From Candidatus Woykebacteria bacterium (GTDB lineage Bacteria > Patescibacteriota > Microgenomatia > Woykebacterales > RBG-16-39-9b): DNA of 64,000 nt. A model generated the notes under the pieces. It was not told the DNA's origin. It worked only from the letters and a program-made list of their open reading frames with translations, and did not search any database. This document shows, piece after piece, positions 46,502 to 55,315 of this stretch (within the stretch, counting starts at the first letter, position 1; every line of letters begins with the position of its first letter). Location: positions 270,313 through 334,312 of the forward strand of contig JBBDPM010000001.1 of NCBI GenBank assembly GCA_040876345.1, in the 5' to 3' direction. The translations under genes were made by a program, and so were the position numbers.

Positions 46502-46816
46502 GTGAAAAAGCTCAAAGAGATACTTTCTGTAAAGAAGGCATCAACTGGACAGCGCGTTATGACAATGACAACAGAGGAAGCAGGTCGTCGTGGTGGTCTA
46601 GCTGTTAAAAAGAAGTACGGCCCAACATTTTATTCAGAAATTGGTAGAAAAGGGGGACAGTCCACTAAGCGCAACTATGGACCAGACTTTTACTCAAAAA
46701 TCGGGGAAAAAGGTGGTGAGGTGGTTAAAGATAAGCATGGCGTAGTTTTTTACTCGGAGATTGGTAGACTTGGCGGAAAGTCCCGTGCTAAAAAGCAGAT
46801 GAAATTTGAGTTTTAG
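46502..46816 (+). CDS. KGG-repeat general stress protein (GsiB/YciG-like); start uncertain
   Basis: Repeated G..FYSEIGRKGG units. Confidence 0.8.
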   Translation: MKKLKEILSVKKASTGQRVMTMTTEEAGRRGGLAVKKKYGPTFYSEIGRKGGQSTKRNYGPDFYSKIGEKGGEVVKDKHGVVFYSEIGRLGGKSRAKKQMKFEF

Positions 46817-46937
46817 TTTTTTTAGCTTTAAAAAAAGCTAAATCCCCAGTAAAACTGGGGGAAATTATCTTGGTTTTTCAAACAAAAATACAAATCGCTT
46901 GTTAAGCAGGCGATTTTTTGGTTTAATTTACCCTGTT

Positions 46938-49805
46938 ATGTTTAAAGAAGTTTCGTCAAAAGTCGATTTTGCTGACCTGGAAAGAAAAGTCCTTTCTCAT
47001 TGGGACAAGATCTCTCTTAACAAGAAATATCTAGAGAGAAACCAATCGTCGGCGAAGAAATTCTCTTTTCTTGATGGCCCTATAACCGCTAATAACCCGA
47101 TGGGCGTGCACCACGCGTGGGGTAGGTCTTACAAAGATCTGTGGCAGCGTTTTTTCAATATGAAAGGGTTTCGCCAAAGGTTTCAGAATGGCTTTGATGA
47201 GCAGGGACTTTGGATTGAAGTAGAAGTGGAAAAAGAACTTGGTTTAAAAAGTAAGAAGGATATTGAGAATTTAGTACCTGGAAATGTTTTCGAATCGATT
47301 GCTAAGTTTGTAGATCTTTGCAAAGAACGAGTCAAGAAATTTTCGGCCGTTCAAACCGAACAATCTAAACGTTTGGGATACTTCATGGATTGGGAAAATT
47401 CCTATCACACTTCTTCTGATCAAAATAATTACGCCATTTGGCACTATCTAAAAACTGTTCATGAAAAAGGCTGGCTTTATAAGGGCCGCGACTCTGTACC
47501 TTGGTGCCCGCGTTGCGGTACGGCTATTTCTCAACACGAAATTTTAACTGAAGAGTATAAAGAAATAACTCACAAGGCACTTTTTGTAAAGTATCCGGTA
47601 GTTGCTGAGGATTATAGTCTTTTGGTGTGGACAACAACTCCTTGGACCCTTCCTGGTAATGTAGCTGTAGCAATTGATCCAAAAAAAGACTATGCAATTA
47701 CCAAAGACAATCTAGTTGTCATGTCATCCCGAATCCATGCTCTTGGACTAGAGAAAGTAAAAATAATTAAGGGTAAAGATTTAATTGGTAAAAAATATAT
47801 TGGACCCTTTGACCAACTTGAAAGGGTAAAAGAAAGTTTGGAAAGCTTTGGACACATCGTAATAGACGGTAGAGAACTTGTGAATGAGGATGAAGGTACT
47901 GGGCTTGTTCACATTGCTCCAGGTGCCGGAGAAGAAGATTTTAAATTACACAAAGACCAAAACTTACCGCTTATCGAACTTATAGACGAAGAAGCATCTT
48001 ATATTGATAGCTTAGGGGAGTTTTCTGGAAAAAATGCCAAGAAACTCCCTGAATTAATTATTGATTATCTTGATAGAAAAGACGGTGGGAAGTTTCTTTT
48101 TAAGGTGGAGAATTATAAACATCGCTATCCTACCTGCTGGCGGTGCAAGACTGAGCTCGTTTGGAGAGTAGTGGATGAGTGGTACATAGCAATGGACTCA
48201 CCCTCGCGCCAGGATATGGGAAGCAAGCCAAAAACCTATCGGGAGATGATGAAAGAAGTGATTAAAGATATAAATTGGCTTCCGAAGTGGGGATACGATA
48301 GAGAGCTAGATTGGCTGAACAATATGCACGATTGGCTAATTTCCAAGAAGCGCTATTGGGGTTTGGCTTTGCCAATTTGGGAATGTACAAATTGTGGTAG
48401 TTTCGACGTTTTCGGTTCAAAGGAAGATCTGAAAAAAAGAGCGGTTGAGGGTTGGGATAAATTTGAGGGAATATCTCCCCATAGGCCAATAATAGATTTG
48501 GTTAAGATTAAATGTTCCAAGTGTGGCGAGACAGTTTCACGGATTCGAGATGTTGGAAATGTGTGGCTCGATGCTGGAATTGTTTCCTACTCCACGCTGA
48601 AATATTTTGAAGATAAAAATTATTGGCAAGAGTGGTTTCCAGCCGATTTCATCACCGAAAGTTTCCCAGGGCAGTTCAAAAACTGGTTTTATTCGCTGAT
48701 TGCAATGTCTACTGCACTTGAGGCCAAAGCGCCATTCAAAACTCTTTTAGGGCATGGCCAAGTGCGCGACGAGAAAGGTGACGAGATGCACAAGAGCAAG
48801 GGAAATGCGATTTGGTTTGATGAAGCAGCTGAAAAAATGGGCGTGGATGTAATGCGCTGGATTTACTTGACCACAAACCCCGAACACAATGTTAACTTCG
48901 GCTACCATGTGGCAGATGAAGTCCGTCGCCGTTTTTTTCTGATTTTCTGGAACGTTTACGTGTTTTTTGTTACCTATGCCAATATCGATAAATGGGAGCC
49001 TTCGGCAACCGAAAAAGCGGAACTTTCCGATCCGCTAGATCGGTGGATTATTTCTGAGCTGAATCGGTTGATCGATTCTGTTAATAGAAAATTAGAAAAT
49101 TATGATGCGGCTACCTCCTCTCGGGAGATAGAAAAGTTTGTTATCGATCTTTCTACTTGGTATGTAAGGCGAATTCGCGATCGAGTTGGGCCAACAGCTA
49201 AAAATGGGCTGTCGAAGGTAACTACTTACCAGATGCTCTACACTACTCTTACAGCTTTAAGTAAACTTTTGGCGCCTTTTACGCCTTTCATCGCGTACGA
49301 GATTTATAAAAATCTTACTGATGAAGAGTCTGTGCATCTTGCAGACTACCCTGGAGCGGATAAAAGCGCTATTGATAAGGATTTGATTTTAAACATGGAT
49401 CAGGTTCGCAAATTGGCCGAGGTTGGTCACTCTTTGCGTAAAGAAAAAGGGATAAAGTTAAGGCAGCCTTTAGCGGTATTCTTTTATGGGAAAGATATCG
49501 AGAAACTTCCAAAAGAACTCGAAGATGTTTTGGATGCCGAGCTCAATGTTAAAAAAATAGTTTATGACAAAGGTAAAAAACCTTCTTTCGATTTCTATAT
49601 CACGGAAAGTCTCGCTGCTGAGGGTGAGGCAAGAGAGCTTGTTCGGAAAATCCAGGAAGTTCGCAAAGAGTTAGGGTGTAAGATGGATGAGTTCGTGAGT
49701 GTTGAGCTTCCAGATTGGCCAAAAGAATTTGAAGATTATCTAAAAAAAGAAACTCTCGCCAAAAACCTCACTAAAGGCGAAAAAATCCTCGTATCAAAGT
49801 CATAG
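46938..49805 (+). CDS. ileS: Isoleucine--tRNA ligase, type 2
   Basis: DGPITAN.MGVHH, WTTTPWTLP, GTGLVHIAP, DW.ISKKRYWG, MHKSKGN. Confidence 0.95.
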   Translation: MFKEVSSKVDFADLERKVLSHWDKISLNKKYLERNQSSAKKFSFLDGPITANNPMGVHHAWGRSYKDLWQRFFNMKGFRQRFQNGFDEQGLWIEVEVEKELGLKSKKDIENLVPGNVFESIAKFVDLCKERVKKFSAVQTEQSKRLGYFMDWENSYHTSSDQNNYAIWHYLKTVHEKGWLYKGRDSVPWCPRCGTAISQHEILTEEYKEITHKALFVKYPVVAEDYSLLVWTTTPWTLPGNVAVAIDPKKDYAITKDNLVVMSSRIHALGLEKVKIIKGKDLIGKKYIGPFDQLERVKESLESFGHIVIDGRELVNEDEGTGLVHIAPGAGEEDFKLHKDQNLPLIELIDEEASYIDSLGEFSGKNAKKLPELIIDYLDRKDGGKFLFKVENYKHRYPTCWRCKTELVWRVVDEWYIAMDSPSRQDMGSKPKTYREMMKEVIKDINWLPKWGYDRELDWLNNMHDWLISKKRYWGLALPIWECTNCGSFDVFGSKEDLKKRAVEGWDKFEGISPHRPIIDLVKIKCSKCGETVSRIRDVGNVWLDAGIVSYSTLKYFEDKNYWQEWFPADFITESFPGQFKNWFYSLIAMSTALEAKAPFKTLLGHGQVRDEKGDEMHKSKGNAIWFDEAAEKMGVDVMRWIYLTTNPEHNVNFGYHVADEVRRRFFLIFWNVYVFFVTYANIDKWEPSATEKAELSDPLDRWIISELNRLIDSVNRKLENYDAATSSREIEKFVIDLSTWYVRRIRDRVGPTAKNGLSKVTTYQMLYTTLTALSKLLAPFTPFIAYEIYKNLTDEESVHLADYPGADKSAIDKDLILNMDQVRKLAEVGHSLRKEKGIKLRQPLAVFFYGKDIEKLPKELEDVLDAELNVKKIVYDKGKKPSFDFYITESLAAEGEARELVRKIQEVRKELGCKMDEFVSVELPDWPKEFEDYLKKETLAKNLTKGEKILVSKS

Positions 49806-49933
49806 TTGAACTTATCACCACATTGTTATAACATTTCCACAACACTCAATCTTTTGTTATCGGTGGGAAAGGAGGATGGAAAACCAAGCCGATAATCCAG
49901 TAGGGTAACATCGCACGGAAGTGAAAGGAACTT

Positions 49934-50218
49934 ATGGTAACCGCAACACCTACGCAAGCAAGGTATGGAGGGCTCTCTGCTCCAGCAGTCACGTCTCGGC
50001 CCGGGGTGCCAACGCGTCCCGTTCTGCCTGAGCGTTTCAATGACGCCCGGGAAGCGGCGACCTGTCTGAGGGTGCAAGCGATCGCGAGGGGCATGACCAT
50101 CGATGAGGCCAACCGCATCGACAGGCACTGCAACTGCGGGTCGCGCGAGTACGCCATACCGGAGTACTGCGAGTACCTGGGGATCAAGGAGGCCCTGGTC
50201 TACCAGCGCATCGGGTGA
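49934..50218 (+). CDS. GC-rich orphan hypothetical protein (94 aa, Cys-containing)
   Basis: AAAGGA SD before ATG; C/G-ending codons in this frame. Confidence 0.55.
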   Translation: MVTATPTQARYGGLSAPAVTSRPGVPTRPVLPERFNDAREAATCLRVQAIARGMTIDEANRIDRHCNCGSREYAIPEYCEYLGIKEALVYQRIG

Positions 50219-50332
50219 TAACGCAAGTAACCGGGTCGCGCTGACGCCACCAGTACCACGAACCCACCCCAAAGGATCACACCGATGGTGTGGGCTTCAC
50301 ACTTTCTTGGCTCACCTGTTAAAATACTCTTC

Positions 50333-51415
50333 ATGCGCTTTTTTCAAGGAATCGATTGGATACTATTCTTCCCAATGCTTTTCTTAACCTCGCTTGGGAT
50401 TTTAATGATTTACAGCACTTCAATTGAAGCAAATGGTGTTGATTATACATTTGTTTCCCGCCAGACCATATACCTCTTGCTTGGCCTTCTTATCTTTTTT
50501 ATCGTTTCAAGGATAGACTACAAACTTATTTCTAGTTTTTCTTATTTAATGTACGCTCTGGTCATAGCCCTTTTGTTGACCACTTTTTTCTACGGCGAAA
50601 TTACTCGGGGCTCAAGAAGATGGATAGATTTAGGTATTATTACTATCCAAGCTTCTGAGGTGGCTAAACCGGTAATTATCCTTACCCTCTCCTCCTTTTT
50701 TTCAAGATTTTCTCCAAAAGATTTAAAAAATGTTATAGTTTCTTTTTTGATCGTGGCGGTACCGGCAGCTTTAGTATTTATCCAACCTGATTTGGGAAAT
50801 GCGGTAATAATCATGTCACTTTGGGCCGTTTTGGTTTTTGGTGCGGGTGTCAAGATCCTCCATGCGGCTTCACTAGTATTTATAGCCTTAGTTCTTTTGC
50901 CCTTGTCTTGGTTTTTCTTGGAAGATTATCAAAAAGAGAGGCTACTGACTTTCCTTAGCCCGGAAAGGGATCCTCATGGGTCTGGTTACAACCTTGTTCA
51001 ATCAATAATCGCAGTTGGTAGTGGTGGTTTAAAGGGAAGAGGTTTCGGGAGGGGGACACAGAGCCATTTAAATTTCCTACCTGAGCAAAAGACTGATTTC
51101 ATCTTTGCCACCACAGCTGAGGAACTGGGATTTTTTGGAGTTAGTATTATATTAGGTGCCTTTGGTTTTATAATTTATCGAACTTTGGTTGCAGTTAACA
51201 AGGCAGCCGATATTCAGGGTTCTATAATTTCTCTGGGGGTTGCTGCTATGATTGCCATACACCTTTTTATAAATATTGGTATGAATATAGGAATTTTTCC
51301 GGTTACTGGTATCACGCTTCCACTTATTTCTTTTGGCGGCAGCTCTCTAATATCAGTAATGTTTAGTTTGGGGCTTGTGAACTCAGTTTCTTCTTTTTCA
51401 AAAAAATCTCACTAG
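50333..51415 (+). CDS. rodA: Rod shape-determining SEDS protein RodA
   Basis: GSRRWI, IQASE, QPDLG, GYNLVQSIIAVGSGG, FLPEQKTDFIF. Confidence 0.9.
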   Translation: MRFFQGIDWILFFPMLFLTSLGILMIYSTSIEANGVDYTFVSRQTIYLLLGLLIFFIVSRIDYKLISSFSYLMYALVIALLLTTFFYGEITRGSRRWIDLGIITIQASEVAKPVIILTLSSFFSRFSPKDLKNVIVSFLIVAVPAALVFIQPDLGNAVIIMSLWAVLVFGAGVKILHAASLVFIALVLLPLSWFFLEDYQKERLLTFLSPERDPHGSGYNLVQSIIAVGSGGLKGRGFGRGTQSHLNFLPEQKTDFIFATTAEELGFFGVSIILGAFGFIIYRTLVAVNKAADIQGSIISLGVAAMIAIHLFINIGMNIGIFPVTGITLPLISFGGSSLISVMFSLGLVNSVSSFSKKSH

Positions 51416-51476
51416 TTTTCTGATATAATACGAACCAGTTGACACAAGATTGAGAAGCCTATATTATTAGGGGGTT

Positions 51477-51788
51477 ATGAAATATGCTGTTTTCGCTTCC
51501 GGAAGCAAACAATACATAGCTTCAGAAGGTGATACTATCACCGTCGAAAAAATAAATACCGAAAAAGGTAAACCTGTAGAGTTTGACAGGGTGCTATTGT
51601 CAGTTGACGGGGATAAAGTAGAAATTGGAAAGCCTCACCTAAAGGCTAAGGTAAAGGCTACAGTGGACGATCACATTAAAGATAAGAAGATAAGAGTATT
51701 CAAGTATAAAGCGAAAACAGGTTATCATAAGACGCAAGGGCACAGGCAAGAATTAACTTCGGTGAAGATTGAAAAAATTGAAGTATAA
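51477..51788 (+). CDS. rplU: 50S ribosomal protein L21
   Basis: YAVFASGSKQY, KYKAK, GHRQ. Confidence 0.96.
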   Translation: MKYAVFASGSKQYIASEGDTITVEKINTEKGKPVEFDRVLLSVDGDKVEIGKPHLKAKVKATVDDHIKDKKIRVFKYKAKTGYHKTQGHRQELTSVKIEKIEV

Positions 51789-51843
51789 AGCATCGAAATT
51801 TGAAATAGTTTAGGGTTTCGGATTCCCTAACTAAAGGAGTAAT

Positions 51844-52101
51844 ATGGCTCATAAAAAATCAGGTGGAGCAAAAGCAAAGCAAGGTAGTAAAACAGCTGGA
51901 AAAAGGCTTGGAGTAAAAATTTACTCAGGTCAAAAAATTAAAGCCGGACAGATTGTAGTTCGCCAAAAAGGCACAAAGTTTCACGCGGGTGAAGGAGCCG
52001 GCCTAGGACGTGATCATACAGTGTTTTCCACAAAAGATGGGGTAGTCTCAGTTAAAGTATTGAAAGATAAAAAATATATTGAAGTGTTGAGCAAGGTGTA
52101 A
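51844..52101 (+). CDS. rpmA: 50S ribosomal protein L27
   Basis: MAHKKSGG, KRLGVK, IVVRQKGT, GRDHT. Confidence 0.96.
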   Translation: MAHKKSGGAKAKQGSKTAGKRLGVKIYSGQKIKAGQIVVRQKGTKFHAGEGAGLGRDHTVFSTKDGVVSVKVLKDKKYIEVLSKV

Positions 52102-52103
52102 TT

Positions 52104-52898
52104 ATGCAAGTTGGGACAGAAGCACTTGAGATAGATATTGAAGCTCTACAACCAAATCCACTGCAGCCTCGAGGCCAGATTTTACCAGATAGTTTAGTTG
52201 AACTAGCCGAATCAGTCCGCGAACACGGAATTCTAGAGCCAATTATTGTGGCCAAAACCCCTGCCGGCTACCAAATTATTGCTGGGGAACGCCGTTGGCG
52301 TGCAGCAAAGCTTGCCGGAGTCTCAAAAATCCCGGCTGTTATTAAAGAGACTGATACTCAAGGGATGTTGGAAATGGCAATTGTTGAAAATGTGCAAAGG
52401 GTGGATTTAAATCCCCTCGAGCGTGCGCAGGCCTATAAAAGATTAATTGAGGAGTTTAGCATTGGGTCAGCTGAAATAGGTCAGAGAGTGGGAAAGAGTG
52501 GGCCTTATATTTCAAATACACTGAGACTTTTGGAGTTGCCAGATGCTCTTAAAGACGGTCTTCTTTCCAACGCAATTGCTGAGGGTCACGCAAAGGCAAT
52601 TCTTGGTTTAGAAGATGTTAACCTCATGATTCAAGCCTATAAGCAAGTATTAGCCGATAATTTGGGTGTTCGTTCCACTGAAGAGATGGTAAGAAGAATG
52701 AAAGCTGGTGCCCAAATCAAGCCTCGTACGGGAAGAACATACGAGTATACTCCAGATATTGCCCGGATGGAAGAAGAAATATCTGGTTCAACTGGTGTAA
52801 AGACTAAACTTTTAAAATCCTCAAAGGGTGGAAGGCTTCTTTTGATTTTCAAGACTGATGAAGAGTTAGAGGCTCTTCACAAGAAGCTTACTTCTTAG
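52104..52898 (+). CDS. parB: ParB/Spo0J partition protein
   Basis: PNPLQPR, IIAGERRWRAA, ENVQR.DLNPLE.A, HTH. Confidence 0.93.
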   Translation: MQVGTEALEIDIEALQPNPLQPRGQILPDSLVELAESVREHGILEPIIVAKTPAGYQIIAGERRWRAAKLAGVSKIPAVIKETDTQGMLEMAIVENVQRVDLNPLERAQAYKRLIEEFSIGSAEIGQRVGKSGPYISNTLRLLELPDALKDGLLSNAIAEGHAKAILGLEDVNLMIQAYKQVLADNLGVRSTEEMVRRMKAGAQIKPRTGRTYEYTPDIARMEEEISGSTGVKTKLLKSSKGGRLLLIFKTDEELEALHKKLTS

Positions 52899-53469
52899 TA
52901 GCATCGATAGCTCTGACGAATGAAATTTTTGCAGCTGGCCAGTAGCGAAACCAAGCTTTTCCAATTATATTTTTCCTTGGGAGTAAACCCCATTCTCTAG
53001 AGTCAAAGCTTTGATTGCGGTTATCCCCCAAAACAAAAAAGTTACCCTCATCGATCTTTAATTCCTTACCATTTTCTAGGAGACTACCTGGATTATTATT
53101 TTGGGTTGATGGATAACTCTCATCTAAAGAAATTCCACCTGGATTCTCAGAGTTTTTTATAACAATTTTACCTTCCTTGATTTGGACTGTTTCTCCAGGA
53201 AGACCAATTATTCTTTTTATGTAGTCGAAATTTTCATCAACTGGAGCCTTAAAAACAATTATTTCACCTCTTTTTGGGTCTCGAAACCGGTAAGTTATTT
53301 TGTCGGTAAGTATGTATTGCCCGTCATGCAGGTTTGGTTCCATGCTGGCTCCTCGAACCTGGTGGGGTTGTAATAGAAATAGATAAACTACTACAAAAAT
53401 TGCAGCCGCAACTACAATAGTTTCGATAATGTCAACAAAATATCCCCATATGGGGTGCTTTTCTTCCAT
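52888..53469 (-). CDS. lepB: Signal peptidase I
   Basis: GASMEP, YIKRIIGLPGE, GDNRNQSFDSR. Confidence 0.95.
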   Translation of the reverse strand: MEEKHPIWGYFVDIIETIVVAAAIFVVVYLFLLQPHQVRGASMEPNLHDGQYILTDKITYRFRDPKRGEIIVFKAPVDENFDYIKRIIGLPGETVQIKEGKIVIKNSENPGGISLDESYPSTQNNNPGSLLENGKELKIDEGNFFVLGDNRNQSFDSREWGLLPRKNIIGKAWFRYWPAAKISFVRAIDATKK

Positions 53470-53540
53470 ATTTAAACTGTAAAAAGTATAACTTTTTTAG
53501 CTTTGATTTTCAACAGGAAGATTTGGTAAAATGCACTAAC

Positions 53541-53615
53541 GGGCACTTAGCTCAGTGGTAGAGCACTGCGTTCACATCGCAGGGGTCGTAGGTTCAAATC
53601 CTACAGTGCCCACCA
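53541..53615 (+). tRNA. tRNA-Val(CAC)
   Basis: Acceptor GGGCACT/AGTGCCC, D-arm AGCTCAGTGGTAGAGC, anticodon stem CTGCG-TTCACAT-CGCAG, GGTTCAAATCC, encoded CCA. Confidence 0.96.
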
Positions 53616-53726
53616 TCTATTTTCTTGCTACAAATTCAGGATTATTGGCATCAGCAAAAAATTTAGTTGTAAAAAGAATCCACGATCCTACTTGCCAAAA
53701 TGGTTTCTTCTTGATATACAAGCAGA

Positions 53727-54851
53727 ATGGGTAGGAAATTAGATCAGGTAGATTATAATTCTCTAGATGATGCGAAGATTGCTTTTATTGAAGCAAGCAG
53801 AAGAACTTTGGGTTTTGCAAAAAATTATGGTTTTGTGCCAGATAAGAGGCTTGGTTCAAGTGCAAATATTTTTACCCTGAACCTAAAACCATTTATAAAA
53901 TTTAATCCCAGTCTCTATACTACTTTAATAACTGAAGGGCTTGGGACTGCGGATGATGCCAGGCCAGATGACTTGACTTCCGCTGAGGAAGAGAAGTTTT
54001 GGTACAACATAGCCTTCAAAACTTTGGGCGCTTTAACTAATGATGTTGCCTCAGCTGGAGTCCAACCTATTTTGATTTCTCTTTATCTACCTTCCAGCTC
54101 CCCCGAGATTGTTTTTAATAAGAGCTTCCGCAAAGGGTTTTTATCTGGGATTGTTGATGGTTGTCGAAAGATCGGGTGCGTCTATATATCGGGCGAGACT
54201 CCCCAATTAAAAAGTAAAATCTTTAAAGGTAAGCTGGATATTGCCGGTGCTGTGTTCGGTGTTGTACCCTCTGGTAGAAAACCGACTGCGGGTAGCGTCA
54301 AGGCTGGGGACAAAATAGTTTTTGTCGAAAGTTCTGGACCTCACGAGAACGGCTTTACCCCTATTAGAGAACTGGCTGGAAGGATTAAAAAGGGTTTTAG
54401 AACAAAGCTTCCTGGCGGTCGGGACTTTTGGGAGGGGGCCAATGAACCTTCGGTTCTTTACTCACCACTGGTGCAATCAATTTTGTCGGTGGGAATAACG
54501 CCGACAAACATCGAGCCAATTACAGGGCACGGTTGGTTAAAACTTATGAGATCAAATAAACCAATCAGGTATGTTATCGAAAAAATACTTCCAATCCCAA
54601 ATATCTTCAAATTTATTGAAAAAGAAAACGGCTCAACGACAGAAGAAATGATAAAAATTTTCAACTATGGTGTTGGACTTGTAGTCTTTATAAAAGATGA
54701 TAAAGACGCAGTTAAAGTAGTTGAGGTTGCTAAGGGTCACAAACTTAAGTCTATAGTGGCAGGTTATACTGAGAGATCAACAAAAAGGGAAGTTTACGTA
54801 AAACCTCTAGGTATCCTCTTGACAGGTAAAGAATTTGTATTAAGAAAATAG
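53727..54851 (+). CDS. purM: AIR synthetase (PurM), divergent
   Basis: EGLGT, ND..., GETP, DIAG, SSGPHENG, ITGHG, FNYGVG. Confidence 0.82.
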   Translation: MGRKLDQVDYNSLDDAKIAFIEASRRTLGFAKNYGFVPDKRLGSSANIFTLNLKPFIKFNPSLYTTLITEGLGTADDARPDDLTSAEEEKFWYNIAFKTLGALTNDVASAGVQPILISLYLPSSSPEIVFNKSFRKGFLSGIVDGCRKIGCVYISGETPQLKSKIFKGKLDIAGAVFGVVPSGRKPTAGSVKAGDKIVFVESSGPHENGFTPIRELAGRIKKGFRTKLPGGRDFWEGANEPSVLYSPLVQSILSVGITPTNIEPITGHGWLKLMRSNKPIRYVIEKILPIPNIFKFIEKENGSTTEEMIKIFNYGVGLVVFIKDDKDAVKVVEVAKGHKLKSIVAGYTERSTKREVYVKPLGILLTGKEFVLRK

Positions 54852-54855
54852 ATTT

Positions 54856-55254
54856 ATGAACTGGAAATTTTTTGTTTATGAAATGGAAAAGCTATACAAG
54901 AAAACAGACTATGACCCAGATATAGTTGTTGGTATTGCCAAAGGTGGAATTGTTCCAGCAAGACTTTTAGCATCCTATCTTGGAGTCGGTGAGATGTACT
55001 GTCTAACCATAAGGAAATTTGGTCAGGAAAGAAAGTTAGTCTCAAAAATCACTGGCGATTTAGAGAATAAAAAAGTTTTACTGGTTGAAGATATGTTGGA
55101 AACTGGAGGCAGCCTCATAGCTGCTAGGAAATATTTGGAGTCGAAGGGAACAGTGGTTAAAACTGTTTGTTTGTATACTACACCTACTTCTAAAGTTGAA
55201 CCAGATTTTTATCTAAAAAAAATCAACAAAGTAGAAAAGTTTCCGTGGGAGTAA
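54856..55254 (+). CDS. Purine phosphoribosyltransferase (type I PRTase)
   Basis: IAKGGIVPA, VLLVEDMLETGGS, C-terminal FPWE. Confidence 0.82.
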   Translation: MNWKFFVYEMEKLYKKTDYDPDIVVGIAKGGIVPARLLASYLGVGEMYCLTIRKFGQERKLVSKITGDLENKKVLLVEDMLETGGSLIAARKYLESKGTVVKTVCLYTTPTSKVEPDFYLKKINKVEKFPWE

Positions 55255-55315
55255 ACTGGTGAGCGCCGTAAAACCCTTCTTGCCAAAAAGGTCTTCGCCT
55301 GTTATATAATCTAGT

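Noticed and set aside
46817-46937. T-box riboswitch upstream of ileS
   Set aside because: Region is short, with no T-box consensus or stem I; only hairpins are seen
49826-50387. Alternative overlapping ORFs (148, 113 and 94 aa) in the GC-rich islet
   Set aside because: Expected by chance in GC-rich DNA; only 49934-50218 has an SD and a suitable codon pattern
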